Assembly: GCA_021613535.1 (NCBI GenBank)
Contig: CP075492.1
Span: 1,984,001-2,048,000, forward strand
Origin: Adineta vaga
Lineage: Eukaryota > Animalia > Rotifera
Direction: 5' to 3'
Length of the DNA stretch: 64,000 bases
The position numbers and the translations under genes were made by a program. The notes beneath the pieces were generated by a model that saw only the letters and a list, made by a program, of their open reading frames with translations, had not been told where the DNA came from and ran no database searches. Positions 22,592-33,641 of the stretch are shown here, piece by piece (position 1 is the stretch's first letter; every line of letters starts with the position of its first letter).

Positions 22592-24109
22592 ATGATGGAT
22601 ACCGCAGAAGAAGAAAGAATGGCTATCACAAACAAAGCAGTTATGACGTCACAAGAACAACAGTCCTATGATCAAGAAATAGTACGGAGACATATTCATA
22701 GTCTAGGTGAAAAAGATTCATCTGATATGGATAAATGGCTATCCACGTTAAACACATTTTATGATGGTTGGAAGTATTCATCATCACAACGTTTAATTAA
22801 TGTTGTCACACATCTGAATGTCGATCAAAAAGCATGGTATGATAAAAATAAAATTGAAATTGATGGAGATTGGACATGTTTTTGTGAACGACTGAAACAA
22901 TATGCATCTGACCACAAGATAAATTCGGTGAATATTTCGACTACAGATAGTTCAATGTTAAGTCATACTGAGTCGGTTATGTTAGAGGAACTAATCGACA
23001 CGAAATTCAACAAATATTCCGGTATTGGGGATGCAAAAATTTGGCTGTTACAAACCATGAATAAATTTAAGGAAACTGGTTTAAGACGAGCTGATCAATT
23101 TGTAGCTGTACCTTTATTATTAGAAGGAGATGCTTATTTATGGTATGCTGAACATGCAGAAACAATTCTTAATTTTGAAAAATTTAGCAAGATGCTTCTT
23201 CAACAATATTCATCAACAACATTATTGAAGGAAAATATTACAGAGGGTACAGTTGGTTTAATATCGGCTGTACCTGACAATTCATCTACATCACACTTAC
23301 AACGAACTATGGCAGATGAAATTATTAAACGACCAACATATTTTCGTGGATCGCAAGATGATGTACATGAATGGTTGGATAAATTAGAACAGCGATTTGC
23401 AATGGCACAATGGAGTGATGAAAATAAATTACATTACATATCCATACATCTACAAGATGATGCTTATCGATGGTGGATACAAACATCTTCAACAATTAAA
23501 ACTTGGTCTTCATTTACAAATGCAGTTACACAAGCGTTTGGTTCAACACGAGCACAAGAATTAGCATTTGAACAATTGAAATGGTACAAACAAACAGTTA
23601 ATCAGTCTATTACACAATATTATGACAAAATTATTGAATTATGTAAAAAAGTTGATTCTGCAATGCCTGATTCTTTGAAATTGAGATATTTAATGGCTGG
23701 AATTAAACAATCATTGAAGACACATGTTGCATTACAAGATCCTCAAACATCAGCAGCATTCTTATCATCAGCAAGGAAGATTGAAGATGTATTATCACTC
23801 ACAAGTACAAGTAATGAATTAGTCGACAATGATATTACCATCATCAATGCAGCCAATTATCAAACACAATCATCAAATCAAACAAACTTCCAACGAACAT
23901 CTAATGATACATTTGATCCGAATTCTGAATATGGGAATACAGCACAGACTCATACAACTTACAATCGAAATACATCAGGTGGAAACAATGCAAATCGTCA
24001 AAATAAATTTTCGAAGTACACCAAATCAACACAACGATCGAATGTTTGTTTTAATTGTGTTACTTTCGGCCATTATGCCCGAGATTGTACCCGTCCCCAT
24101 TTTCAGTAA
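22592..24109 (+). CDS. gag: Gag (capsid-like modules plus CCHC zinc knuckle)
   Basis: FRGSQDDVHEWL...LQDDAYRWW capsid motif, KQTVNQSITQY, CFNCVTFGHYARDC. Confidence 0.92.
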   Translation: MMDTAEEERMAITNKAVMTSQEQQSYDQEIVRRHIHSLGEKDSSDMDKWLSTLNTFYDGWKYSSSQRLINVVTHLNVDQKAWYDKNKIEIDGDWTCFCERLKQYASDHKINSVNISTTDSSMLSHTESVMLEELIDTKFNKYSGIGDAKIWLLQTMNKFKETGLRRADQFVAVPLLLEGDAYLWYAEHAETILNFEKFSKMLLQQYSSTTLLKENITEGTVGLISAVPDNSSTSHLQRTMADEIIKRPTYFRGSQDDVHEWLDKLEQRFAMAQWSDENKLHYISIHLQDDAYRWWIQTSSTIKTWSSFTNAVTQAFGSTRAQELAFEQLKWYKQTVNQSITQYYDKIIELCKKVDSAMPDSLKLRYLMAGIKQSLKTHVALQDPQTSAAFLSSARKIEDVLSLTSTSNELVDNDITIINAANYQTQSSNQTNFQRTSNDTFDPNSEYGNTAQTHTTYNRNTSGGNNANRQNKFSKYTKSTQRSNVCFNCVTFGHYARDCTRPHFQ

Positions 24110-27100
24110 TGGAAGCATCGGTCGATGGTGTTGCTTCCAAAACTTTAAATGACAATCCATCGACATTAAACACATCATTGCTTTATCTTGATGTTCTTAT
24201 AAATAATAAATGTATGAAAGCAATGATTGATACAGGCGCAAACCGAACTTTTATTTCCTTACAAGCATTACCTACGTTAAATAGTAAACAATTTATTAAT
24301 CGAAAATACAAAAGTGCATCTTTGGCGGATGGACAATCATCCATTTTTATTTTAGGTACTTTAGATTTACATATTATTATAGGTGATATGACAACTTCGA
24401 TTAGAGCATATGTAGTGAAAGATTTATGTACTGAATGTATATTAGGAATGGATTTTATTAGCAGATATAAAGTTATAATCAATGCCAATGATCCGGTTAT
24501 ATCAATATGTGATAACGAAAAACGTATATCATTACAATTCGATGTTAATCAAGAAGAAATTCGTTATCCAGCACGAACAATTCGCCATACTTATATTCCA
24601 CCAAGGAGAACAGTTTCAATACCAGTTAATGTAGGAATATCATCAGCCAAGGTTTCATTTCGTCCATCATATGAATTATCACGACGATCACCAATGATTT
24701 TATTAAACAATATAGCAACTGTCAATCAACAGACATCACATATTTCAATATATAATCCAACATCATATTCTTATACTGTACCAAAAGGTCTCATACTTGG
24801 TACAACAACAGTTCCTGCATTATCCTTTAGCAAATGTACATCTATTGATCGTCAACTAGTTAACGACAACATCAACAAGTTAACTCGACACATTACCAAT
24901 TCAACACAAAGAGAAGAAATCGAGGCAATCCTCCATCAACATGAAAAACTTCTCGATACAAGCAAACCTGCAATAGCTATTAATGTGAAGCTACATGAAA
25001 TTAAAACACTTGATCATCCACCACCATCATCTAGACCATATTATTCAACTCCTCACAAAGAAGAAGAAATGTACAAGCTCGTTCAGGAACTATTATATCA
25101 TGGTTTAATTCGGAAATCTTATTCTCCATATGCAGCACCAGCATTACTGGTAGCTAAACATGATGGATCATGGCGTATGGTAGTCGATTACAAGAAATTA
25201 AACAACATCACAATCAAAGATAATCATCCATTACCAAACATGGAGCAAACAATACGACGATTAGGTAGTGGTTACAAATTCTTCTCCAAATTAGATATGA
25301 AGAGTGGATTTTGGCAGATACCAATCAAAGAAGAAGATAAACATAAAACAGCATTTATTACTGCTGATGGTTTATATGAATGGAATGTATTAGCTCAAGG
25401 ATTGAAGAATAGTCCACCATCATTTCAAAGAGTTATGGCAGATATTTTAAAACCTTGTCGAGAATTTTCATTAGTTTATATTGATGATATAGTCGTATTC
25501 TCTCATTCATTCGAAGAACATCTCGATCACATACGACAATTATTATATGTGTTATCCAAATATAATTTTCAACTGAATCCACCGAAATGCAAATTCTTCC
25601 ATCGGAAAATCGATTATTTATCTCATATTATATCAGAAGAAGGTTTTCAACCAAATAATGAAAGAATACAATCAATTATGAATTTAAGGGAACCTTCTAC
25701 ATTAGTAGAAGCAAATAAGTTCCTGGGAGCTTTATCATGGTATAGGAAGTTCATTCCTCAGTTTGCATCTATAGCTGCACCTATACATAAAGTAACAAAT
25801 TTAACCAAAGAAAATAGGAAAAATTTCAAATGGCAAGAACCACAACATGAAGCATTTCAACGATTGAAACAATTTCTAACAACAACACCATTATTTCTCG
25901 ATTATCCGAATGATAATTATCCAGTTATCTTGACAACAGATGCATCGAAACTTGGTATTGGAGGAACCTTACAGCAAAACATTAATGGTGAAATTAAGAA
26001 TCTTTATTATCATTCACAAGTAACATCTTCCACCCAAAGAAGATATGATCCAATTGAACTAGAAGCATTAGCAATATGGATGTGTTTTCAACGTATGCGA
26101 CCTTATTTAATAGGAAGATCAATTATTATTTACACTGATCATTGTCCATTATGTAACATGATGAATTCGAGTGTGAAGAATCGAAGAGTTGATCGTATAT
26201 CAATATTATTACAAGAATTTAACATCGAAAAAATTATTCACATCAAAGGTCAACATAATTGTCTAGCTGATTATCTATCTCGTCATCCGATTCTAAGAGA
26301 AGAAGAAATATTTGATGAAGATTATGGTATTATTCGACGAAACCCAGGGGAACCGACTGATATCGGACGTGTTCCTGATGGAATTCCTCCACTAGCTGGA
26401 GCTGTTGTAACAAGATCAAAAACAAAGAAATTACAATTAACACAAGATCAACATTCAACAACAAGCGCACCAACAAAGAAAAAGAAAACACCATCATCAA
26501 TTGCAATAGAAGAAACCGATGAAAAGAAAGATTCTCCATCTCAAGATGGTGAGAAAAAAGAATTCGATATGGAACAATTGAAAATTGAACAAGAAAAAGA
26601 TCAAATTATTCAGCAGACAATCGTGGAAGTCAAGAAGAATCCAGGTGCAAGTTCTTATGAAGTAAAAGATGGTTTATTATACAAACTATTAATGATGCAT
26701 GTTAGTTGTAATACGAAGAAGAAATTAATTTATTTACCTTCATCTATGATACAGAAAATTCTTCAAATCTATCATAGTCATCCACTCAGTGGACATTTTG
26801 GTGTTCAAAGAACATATTTAAAGATCAAAAATAGATTTTGGTGGCCAAATATGAAGCAGTCGATTACTCAATATATACAATCATGTTTACCTTGTCAACA
26901 ATACAATGTTAGTCGCTTGAAGAAACCTGGTCGATTACAACCAATTCCTCCACCTGAAGGACCGTTTCAATTAATCGGAATGGACTATTGTGGTCCACTT
27001 AAGCAAACATCTCGCGGAAATCAATATGTATTATGCATTACAGATTACTTTACAAGATGGATAGTGGCTGTTGCTGTACCTGATTGCTCAGCACAAATAA

Positions 27101-27801
27101 CTGCTGAAGCATTATTTAATGAATATATTTGCAAATACGGGGTACCGGCAGTTATATTATCCGATCAAGGAACACACTTCCACAATCAATTGATGGAAGC
27201 GATGTCAAAATTAGTTGGATATAATCACACGTATTCAACTACATATCACCCGCAATCGAATGGAATGGTGGAACGATTTAATGCTACATTTATTCCACAG
27301 ATTGCCAAACTTCAAGACAGAGAAAACAATAATTGGGATGAATTTTTAGCACCAGTAGTATTTGCATATAATACTGGATGCCATTCGACAACTCAATATT
27401 CACCATTTGAATTATTATTTGGACGAGAACCAAGATTACCTGCAGATCGACCAAAATCAACATTTACATTTCGAAAGCCAAACGATTATTATGAGCAATT
27501 GAAGAAAAATGTGAAGTTGATACATCGAAATGCACACGAAAACATTATGAATCGACAACATCAATACAAAACACGTTATGATAAACAACGTTCTGATCCT
27601 CATTATTCAATCGACGATCGAGTTTTGATTCGAAAACATGGATTAAAGAATAAATTAGAACCAAAATATTCAGTAACACCACAAATTATTATTCGTGATC
27701 AACATCCTGTTTATATCGTTAAAGATGAAATAACTCAAATTGAAACACAAGTACACATAAATGATATTAGACCCATTTATGTCGTGAAATCAAATCAATA
27801 A
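24109..27801 (+). CDS. pol: Pol polyprotein: aspartic protease, RT, RNase H, integrase
   Basis: IDTGA; LDMKSGFWQ and YIDD; TTDAS/ELEALA/YTDH; HHCC (GHFG...CLPCQ) and the D..D..E integrase core. The ATG at 24109 overlaps the gag stop. Confidence 0.96.
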   Translation: MEASVDGVASKTLNDNPSTLNTSLLYLDVLINNKCMKAMIDTGANRTFISLQALPTLNSKQFINRKYKSASLADGQSSIFILGTLDLHIIIGDMTTSIRAYVVKDLCTECILGMDFISRYKVIINANDPVISICDNEKRISLQFDVNQEEIRYPARTIRHTYIPPRRTVSIPVNVGISSAKVSFRPSYELSRRSPMILLNNIATVNQQTSHISIYNPTSYSYTVPKGLILGTTTVPALSFSKCTSIDRQLVNDNINKLTRHITNSTQREEIEAILHQHEKLLDTSKPAIAINVKLHEIKTLDHPPPSSRPYYSTPHKEEEMYKLVQELLYHGLIRKSYSPYAAPALLVAKHDGSWRMVVDYKKLNNITIKDNHPLPNMEQTIRRLGSGYKFFSKLDMKSGFWQIPIKEEDKHKTAFITADGLYEWNVLAQGLKNSPPSFQRVMADILKPCREFSLVYIDDIVVFSHSFEEHLDHIRQLLYVLSKYNFQLNPPKCKFFHRKIDYLSHIISEEGFQPNNERIQSIMNLREPSTLVEANKFLGALSWYRKFIPQFASIAAPIHKVTNLTKENRKNFKWQEPQHEAFQRLKQFLTTTPLFLDYPNDNYPVILTTDASKLGIGGTLQQNINGEIKNLYYHSQVTSSTQRRYDPIELEALAIWMCFQRMRPYLIGRSIIIYTDHCPLCNMMNSSVKNRRVDRISILLQEFNIEKIIHIKGQHNCLADYLSRHPILREEEIFDEDYGIIRRNPGEPTDIGRVPDGIPPLAGAVVTRSKTKKLQLTQDQHSTTSAPTKKKKTPSSIAIEETDEKKDSPSQDGEKKEFDMEQLKIEQEKDQIIQQTIVEVKKNPGASSYEVKDGLLYKLLMMHVSCNTKKKLIYLPSSMIQKILQIYHSHPLSGHFGVQRTYLKIKNRFWWPNMKQSITQYIQSCLPCQQYNVSRLKKPGRLQPIPPPEGPFQLIGMDYCGPLKQTSRGNQYVLCITDYFTRWIVAVAVPDCSAQITAEALFNEYICKYGVPAVILSDQGTHFHNQLMEAMSKLVGYNHTYSTTYHPQSNGMVERFNATFIPQIAKLQDRENNNWDEFLAPVVFAYNTGCHSTTQYSPFELLFGREPRLPADRPKSTFTFRKPNDYYEQLKKNVKLIHRNAHENIMNRQHQYKTRYDKQRSDPHYSIDDRVLIRKHGLKNKLEPKYSVTPQIIIRDQHPVYIVKDEITQIETQVHINDIRPIYVVKSNQ

Positions 27802-29031
27802 AACCAAATGTTTCAATATTTTTAATAATATCTTTATTAATATTTTTACAAATATTTTATCGATGATTTTATCACCATTATCATTTATTAATTGATAATT
27901 ATTTTCATGTTAATATTGGAAATGAATCATCATATGATATTTGTATTGATTTGAATTAGTTGGTGCGCAACGACTGATATAAAACAATATGGAATATCAA
28001 GAAATGAAGTACATTGAAATTTCAATAAGTGCACACTGAATTATCAATGTTATATCAAGAATATTAATTGTGAAAAGGGTTGAAATTTATGAATGAAAAA
28101 TCAAAATTTACGAAATAAATTGAATGGGAACCTTCTTTCGAGATTCGTTCCTGAGTCGAGCCAACCAGATTAAGGATTAACTCATCAAGATGTTAATGAC
28201 ATCTATGGTCAACATTATGTAACAAGTGAATTTCGTTCAACAGAATGACCAACGGCTATTGATCACATCTCTTGACCAATGGCTATCGCTGATAGTTGTC
28301 GGCCAATCAATAGTAATTATATTCCACGAATTAACAATGGACTGATCGATATAATCCATGGTTCACTTACTTATTATTTATTATTTATTTCCAGTGTTTA
28401 TTGACATTAATCATTTGTTTACTTGCACACATATTTATTTATTATTTCTATTTATGTTTAGATTCGTTCACATACATCAACACATTTTTTAATTCAAATC
28501 TAAATCTTCATTGACGATTCAAATTTAAATCGTTTACTTGAACATCTGGTTATTTATCAAGAATTATTTTCTTTTTGTTGGATCGATTTAGTGTTTTACT
28601 TACACCTACATCTTCATCTCGTACGAAAAATTCATTATCAATTGTTGTTTATTCGAATTTGAATTATATTATTATTGGTCAAATTCTCCCAACAATTCAT
28701 CTACTTGCTCATCTATCTTCATTGTTATTTGGCTTTCTATCGAAAAATTCAATTATTCACCGAGATCATGGTTTATCTTCAAAATCTATCTTCATATATT
28801 GAATTACACTATATGTTTATTTATGTTGAATATGACTTACTTATTATGAACTAAGTGGAAGAAAGAACAAACATTTTGAATTATTATATAGCGCATTTGT
28901 TTATTACATTATATTCATTTATTTGTTCGTGAACCTGGACATGAGTATTTGATTCCTGATCGATCTGGTCAAATTTGTTCATCTATTGATTTATTACTTT
29001 GGGAATTATATTTTCTTAAATAAACATTACT

Positions 29032-30720
29032 ATGTCTGGATCACATCGTCAATATTCACGATCACATCGCCAACATTCACCAGCACATTATCACCATTCA
29101 TCAACATCATCACCATATCATCGATCTTTTAGTCAACAACGTACAGCAGCAAAAGCGGACAGAAATCTCCAACTTCAACAAAAATATAGACCATTTCATG
29201 TACCACCAGATATGTTTGAGATAAAATATGTTAATAAATATACTACTAGTGATAAAATTCATACGATAATTAATCACGTTAAGCAATGTAATCAGTTCAC
29301 CATTGATACTGAAGGAGAAAAAACTACGAACAACGTAGTGATCATCCAAGTACAATCATTACCACGTGTTCTGCCGATGTTTGTAATTCTATTCGAACTC
29401 GAGCACATGCCATCAAATGATTCATCGAGTAAAGTAACGATTAAACAATTGTTTGAATTAATCTTTAGATCTACTAATACAATTTATTCTTGGGGCTCAA
29501 TGGATTACGAATTATCGTTGATTAAAATCAATGATTTATTTAAATATCCAATTGAAGCAACTCAAAGAAATATTCAATTATTATTTCCATCATGGTATAA
29601 TTGGGCACTGTCCCGATGCGGGACAAGTGACCTGTCGGATGATCAACATGTTGATACTGTTGTAGCAACAAGAATGAACAACTCTTTATCTAGCTGCACA
29701 TGTCATGAAGCTAGTCCATATCGATTAACCGAAAAATGGTCGCTGCAATTAGCATTGGCTTATGTTGCTCATGTTTTTATCGACAAATCGATAACCGTTA
29801 ATCACTGGTCTACATCGATTGATCCAAAACACTCGCCATTATCAAGTTCAACACGAGAGAAATGGGCGAATTATTTGATTTATGATTGCTTGGCGACAAC
29901 ATATCTAGTTAAACCTGTCATGGAATATTGGACATTTGAAAAATTAGAAAAAACTAATCTTGTTGAATTATTTCTAGCCTTACCAACATCTTCATGTATA
30001 CCATCTTCTACACCTGCACCATTTAGATCTTCTACAACACCATTTACCTCATCAATCATCAACAACAGTAACACAAGGAATGGAAAAAAAGTCAAGAATA
30101 TAGATGGTCAATTATTTAGAAAAGTATTGAACGATGATTTAGAAGATATATCGGATGAAGATGGAAATGAAGAAATTTATCTCCATCAACTGGTAGAGCC
30201 ATTAGATGCTGAACATAAATTGGGATCAGTCGATGAACCTCGACTTGATCCTGAAAATATTCCTGATGGTCCACGTGAAACAATTACATTAGCAGCTGCT
30301 GATGATACAAATCAACAAGTTGAATCCGATGGAGTTTTAGTTATACAAGATGTTCAAGATATTATTGATGATCAACAAGTTGAATCGAATGAACCAGCTG
30401 AATCTCAACGAAAATCCGCTTATCAAAGAAGAAGTCGACCAGCAAAAATTCGACACAACAGAAAACACGCTCGACAACAAAAGAAACACAGATTCGATCA
30501 TCCAATACGAAGAAAATTCTATTATCGATTCAAAGCATTTATGATTCGAAAAATTCTTCGATTATACCAAATACCATTTGTACATATGAAGAAGGATAAT
30601 GATGACGTGGTAGTGGGCTTACGAAATGAAGATACTCAACGACAAGCTGAACATGATTTAGCAACAAGCATCTTTAATCGTCGAAGCTTTTATTATTACA
30701 AAAACAAATACCGATGGTGA
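29032..30720 (+). CDS. ORF3: DEDDy/RNase D-like 3'-5' exonuclease with a basic C-terminal domain
   Basis: FTIDTE (ExoI), YSWG, SLQ, YLIYDCLAT (ExoIII YxxxD). Lies in the env position inside the LTRs. Confidence 0.75.
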   Translation: MSGSHRQYSRSHRQHSPAHYHHSSTSSPYHRSFSQQRTAAKADRNLQLQQKYRPFHVPPDMFEIKYVNKYTTSDKIHTIINHVKQCNQFTIDTEGEKTTNNVVIIQVQSLPRVLPMFVILFELEHMPSNDSSSKVTIKQLFELIFRSTNTIYSWGSMDYELSLIKINDLFKYPIEATQRNIQLLFPSWYNWALSRCGTSDLSDDQHVDTVVATRMNNSLSSCTCHEASPYRLTEKWSLQLALAYVAHVFIDKSITVNHWSTSIDPKHSPLSSSTREKWANYLIYDCLATTYLVKPVMEYWTFEKLEKTNLVELFLALPTSSCIPSSTPAPFRSSTTPFTSSIINNSNTRNGKKVKNIDGQLFRKVLNDDLEDISDEDGNEEIYLHQLVEPLDAEHKLGSVDEPRLDPENIPDGPRETITLAAADDTNQQVESDGVLVIQDVQDIIDDQQVESNEPAESQRKSAYQRRSRPAKIRHNRKHARQQKKHRFDHPIRRKFYYRFKAFMIRKILRLYQIPFVHMKKDNDDVVVGLRNEDTQRQAEHDLATSIFNRRSFYYYKNKYRW

Positions 30721-30898
30721 TCTTCCAGCTGCCGGTGTTAATTTTCTCTCTCCTTTCCTGTACCTATGTGTTCTTTCTTTGTGATATTTGAAATTGTTAT
30801 TTTCTAGTCGTGAAATGTTAGATTCTTTTGTCGAATTCTTCATCTAGTCTTTCAAAAAAAAAAAAAAAGTTTTTTGTTAACTAAAAACCTTTTTTTCT

Positions 30899-30911
30899 GG
30901 AACAGGAAGGG
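30899..30911 (+). promoter_or_regulatory. Polypurine tract
   Basis: GGAACAGGAAGGG immediately before the 3' LTR. Confidence 0.85.
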
Positions 30912-31077
30912 TGTTATAGTTGATGACATCTATCTACATTTTGTTATTTCTTTCGTTTTCATTTTCTCTTTGTTACTGTTATTATATAAGTTGTTGGAAA
31001 ATAAAGATAACGGCCTGTTACGTTCTAACGGACTATATTCACTCACGTCTTTCTATCTCGATATAGCGAACATAACA
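30912..31077 (+). repeat. 3' LTR
   Basis: Identical by eye to 22263-22428. Confidence 0.95.
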
Positions 31078-32077
31078 CCCTTCATTTTCTCTGTTAGTTG
31101 CCTGTTAAAGAAAAGCAACGAACGAACAAATGAGAAAAAAGTCTTTTTTTCTTTTCTTTTGTTCAATTTATTGTGGCACGAAAAATGCCAGTATGTCAAA
31201 TAGCGTGAGCTCTCTCTATCGAAGATCTGTCTGGAAGAAGTGGAACGAGAGTGCGCTGATTGATGAATGTGTATGAGATGAAGGAAAAAAGAAAAAGACA
31301 AAAGTGAGAAGCCAAGAGTCCTCTACTAAAATACATGCACATGTGTATACAGAAGAAAAAGAGAGAGAGAGAGCATTATATCGCAGCCAACATTCTTTCT
31401 TCAAAAAGAATCGATGAAACAACAAGAAATGTGTTGTCAAAGAAATATGCTGCTTGTAGGGGAGAGAAATTATAATGAGGACATTCGCTATTGCTAACAA
31501 CTAGAAAGCTGTAATAGAAAATTCAGTTACATTGTGTACGCAGAAGCAAAATGTAAGATGACACTTTTTCTAAAACAACATGTCACGAAGGTGTCAAAGT
31601 GTACAGGGTTGAGCATTAATTTGTGCTAAGGGGTAACGCTATGATTTCAAACATAATGAGTCATTAGTTTTATACCATCTTGAGGGTGGGTATGGGTGAC
31701 GGTGGGTGGATAATATATGTATCGGAGCTTTTATTTTGTAATCGTCAAGTTTGTATTACTGAAAAAAGGCATTTACGAAAAATAGAAAAAAAAATAATAA
31801 GAAGTACAAAGGACCGGATGCGAGGTTCGAATTCCCTGCCTTGTGCATGATGCACTTTTGAGCAATTCAACCATCTAGTACTCTTAATAGATAAACGAAT
31901 ACTAGAGTGGAGATTGATTTATATATCATCAAGAAGAGGTTAGGTTCTTTTGCGTTCTCTTTATCTGTCAAAATAAACATATGTGATTGAACTTTTAAGA
32001 AAACGTTTTCTATGGAATCATAAAGGGATTTCTTAAAATTATCATTCGGTAGAAACATAAATATACTTTGACTAAAT

Positions 32078-33185
32078 TTAAAAAAGTTCAACAAATAAAA
32101 CTAAAAAACACATCAAAATTATTTTATGAAAATTCATTGAATGAACTGTTGATACAGCAGCTGATGTTCTTTTTAAAAACGTCTTAGCATCAAATTCAAT
32201 TTGGATATTCTTAGTAATTTGGTTCATATTATTTGCTGAACTACAATTAGGTCCTTGACAATGAATTATCCATTTATGTGATCTAGTCTGATCTTTTAAA
32301 TCAAATGTCACCTCATATCCTAATCGATTTTGTGGATAAATTATAGTATAACAAAATGCGTTTGTTGCTTTCCATCCATCCTTATAGGTAAGATAATTAA
32401 CGCATTGGTTACAATTCTGTGAAGCATTACTTTGCAAATAACTCACGTTTCCAGAGGATAGACACCATTGCCGATCAAATGTCTGATTTGATTTAAGAAG
32501 ATGTTCAAGTTCATTCAATTGATCATTCATTATTAAAGATTCTAATAAAGATTTTAAAACGGCTGGTTGATTACATTGATCAGTTGGACAGCTATATCTT
32601 AAGAAATGTCTTACTTCTCTTTCGAATCGATTTGGATCATGGGGTATATACGCATTTACTTCTAGTGTATGGGGTGGAAAACTCGACCTTGGATATGGAT
32701 TTGTATAACCTGCTAATCGAATAGTAGTTTCAATTTTTGGATCTTCTTTCCATTCTATCTCAACAAGACAATACAGTTGTTCGGTTTCTATTGTACAATT
32801 ATTTAATTCTGTTGGAATATTTGTGACAATCTCTCTGACATGCGCTGTACGCGTGATACGGTTTTTCTCATCTGATCGATTATCCTGATGGTATCCTTAC
32901 TTCAGTACATTTTTATGTACTTTGACATAATATTCTCTTGCGTTCTCTTTTACGGACGAGTATATAAGCGTATGTTTTGTATCAGAACGATGCGATTTTA
33001 GAGGAAGAAATAAATAAACGCGTAGTTCCATCAGCGCATACATCTCTTCCATCAGAAATCGTCACAATATTTTCTGCCGTAATATTGTATTCAAAACTAT
33101 TGATTTCGCGAGGACAAATATAACATGAAATTTTACATGCTACTGGGTGTAATAAGACGAAACTGATAAATACATGAATGAACAT
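32078..33185 (-). pseudogene. Secreted, probably GPI-anchored Cys-rich protein (two Ly6/uPAR-like modules) interrupted by a 245-bp insertion
   Basis: Removing 32822-33066 plus one TSD gives a continuous 285-aa ORF (...TAENI|PTELNNC...CPTDQCN...CQGPNCS, hydrophobic tail). Confidence 0.75.
32822..33066. mobile_element. Solo-LTR/MITE-like element, family A, copy 1
   Basis: TGTGAC...GTCACA termini and exact TSD ATATT. Confidence 0.85.
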
Positions 33186-33641
33186 GTTTAGATGATCTAG
33201 AATAAAATTCTTAATTTATACGGGTGAAAATATGTAACTGAATCATGAATGTTTTGTTTTGTACATCATTGAAGCAAGCGTGTTATCATGTGTTGACACA
33301 CAGAACTAAAGTGAATAAGGCAAGTTAACGCTGACGTTTGATATTTAATACTTATATCGTCTTTGTTGTTTTTTGATTCATTTTGAGAGAAAAAGAAAAT
33401 GAAGAATGGTGATATGTTTGCTTATCTATCATTGGATGTATGAGTTTAGCTAATCAAAAAAAAAATATTTACTCACGACAGATTCTGTTTTTTGTTGAAA
33501 TTTTATAAATATTAGATTTGTATGAAGAAATATTCATATTAACTGTCGTGTGTTCATCTACCTTAAGGGATCTTTTTTCTCTTTATTAAAAATGTTCTTC
33601 TAAAGAAAATCTCTAACTCGAAAAAACTCAGGAGACAATCT

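Larger units (their letters stand above)
22263..31077 (+). mobile_element. Full-length Ty3/Gypsy (Metaviridae) LTR retrotransposon with a third ORF
   Basis: Two apparently identical 166-bp LTRs, 5-bp TSD CCCTT (22258-22262, 31078-31082), PBS, PPT, gag, pol (PR-RT-RH-IN order), ORF3. Confidence 0.97.

Noticed and set aside
24055-24108. ORF-track start of pol at 24055
   Set aside because: Non-ATG start inside gag; the first ATG is at 24109.
27802-29031. Hammerhead ribozyme or hidden ORF in the pol-ORF3 spacer
   Set aside because: No CTGANGA...GAAA core with flanking stems was found by eye, and there is no convincing ORF on either strand.
31812-31848. GGTTCGAATTCCC B-box, possible tRNA or SINE
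   Set aside because: No D-arm, anticodon arm or acceptor stem could be built.
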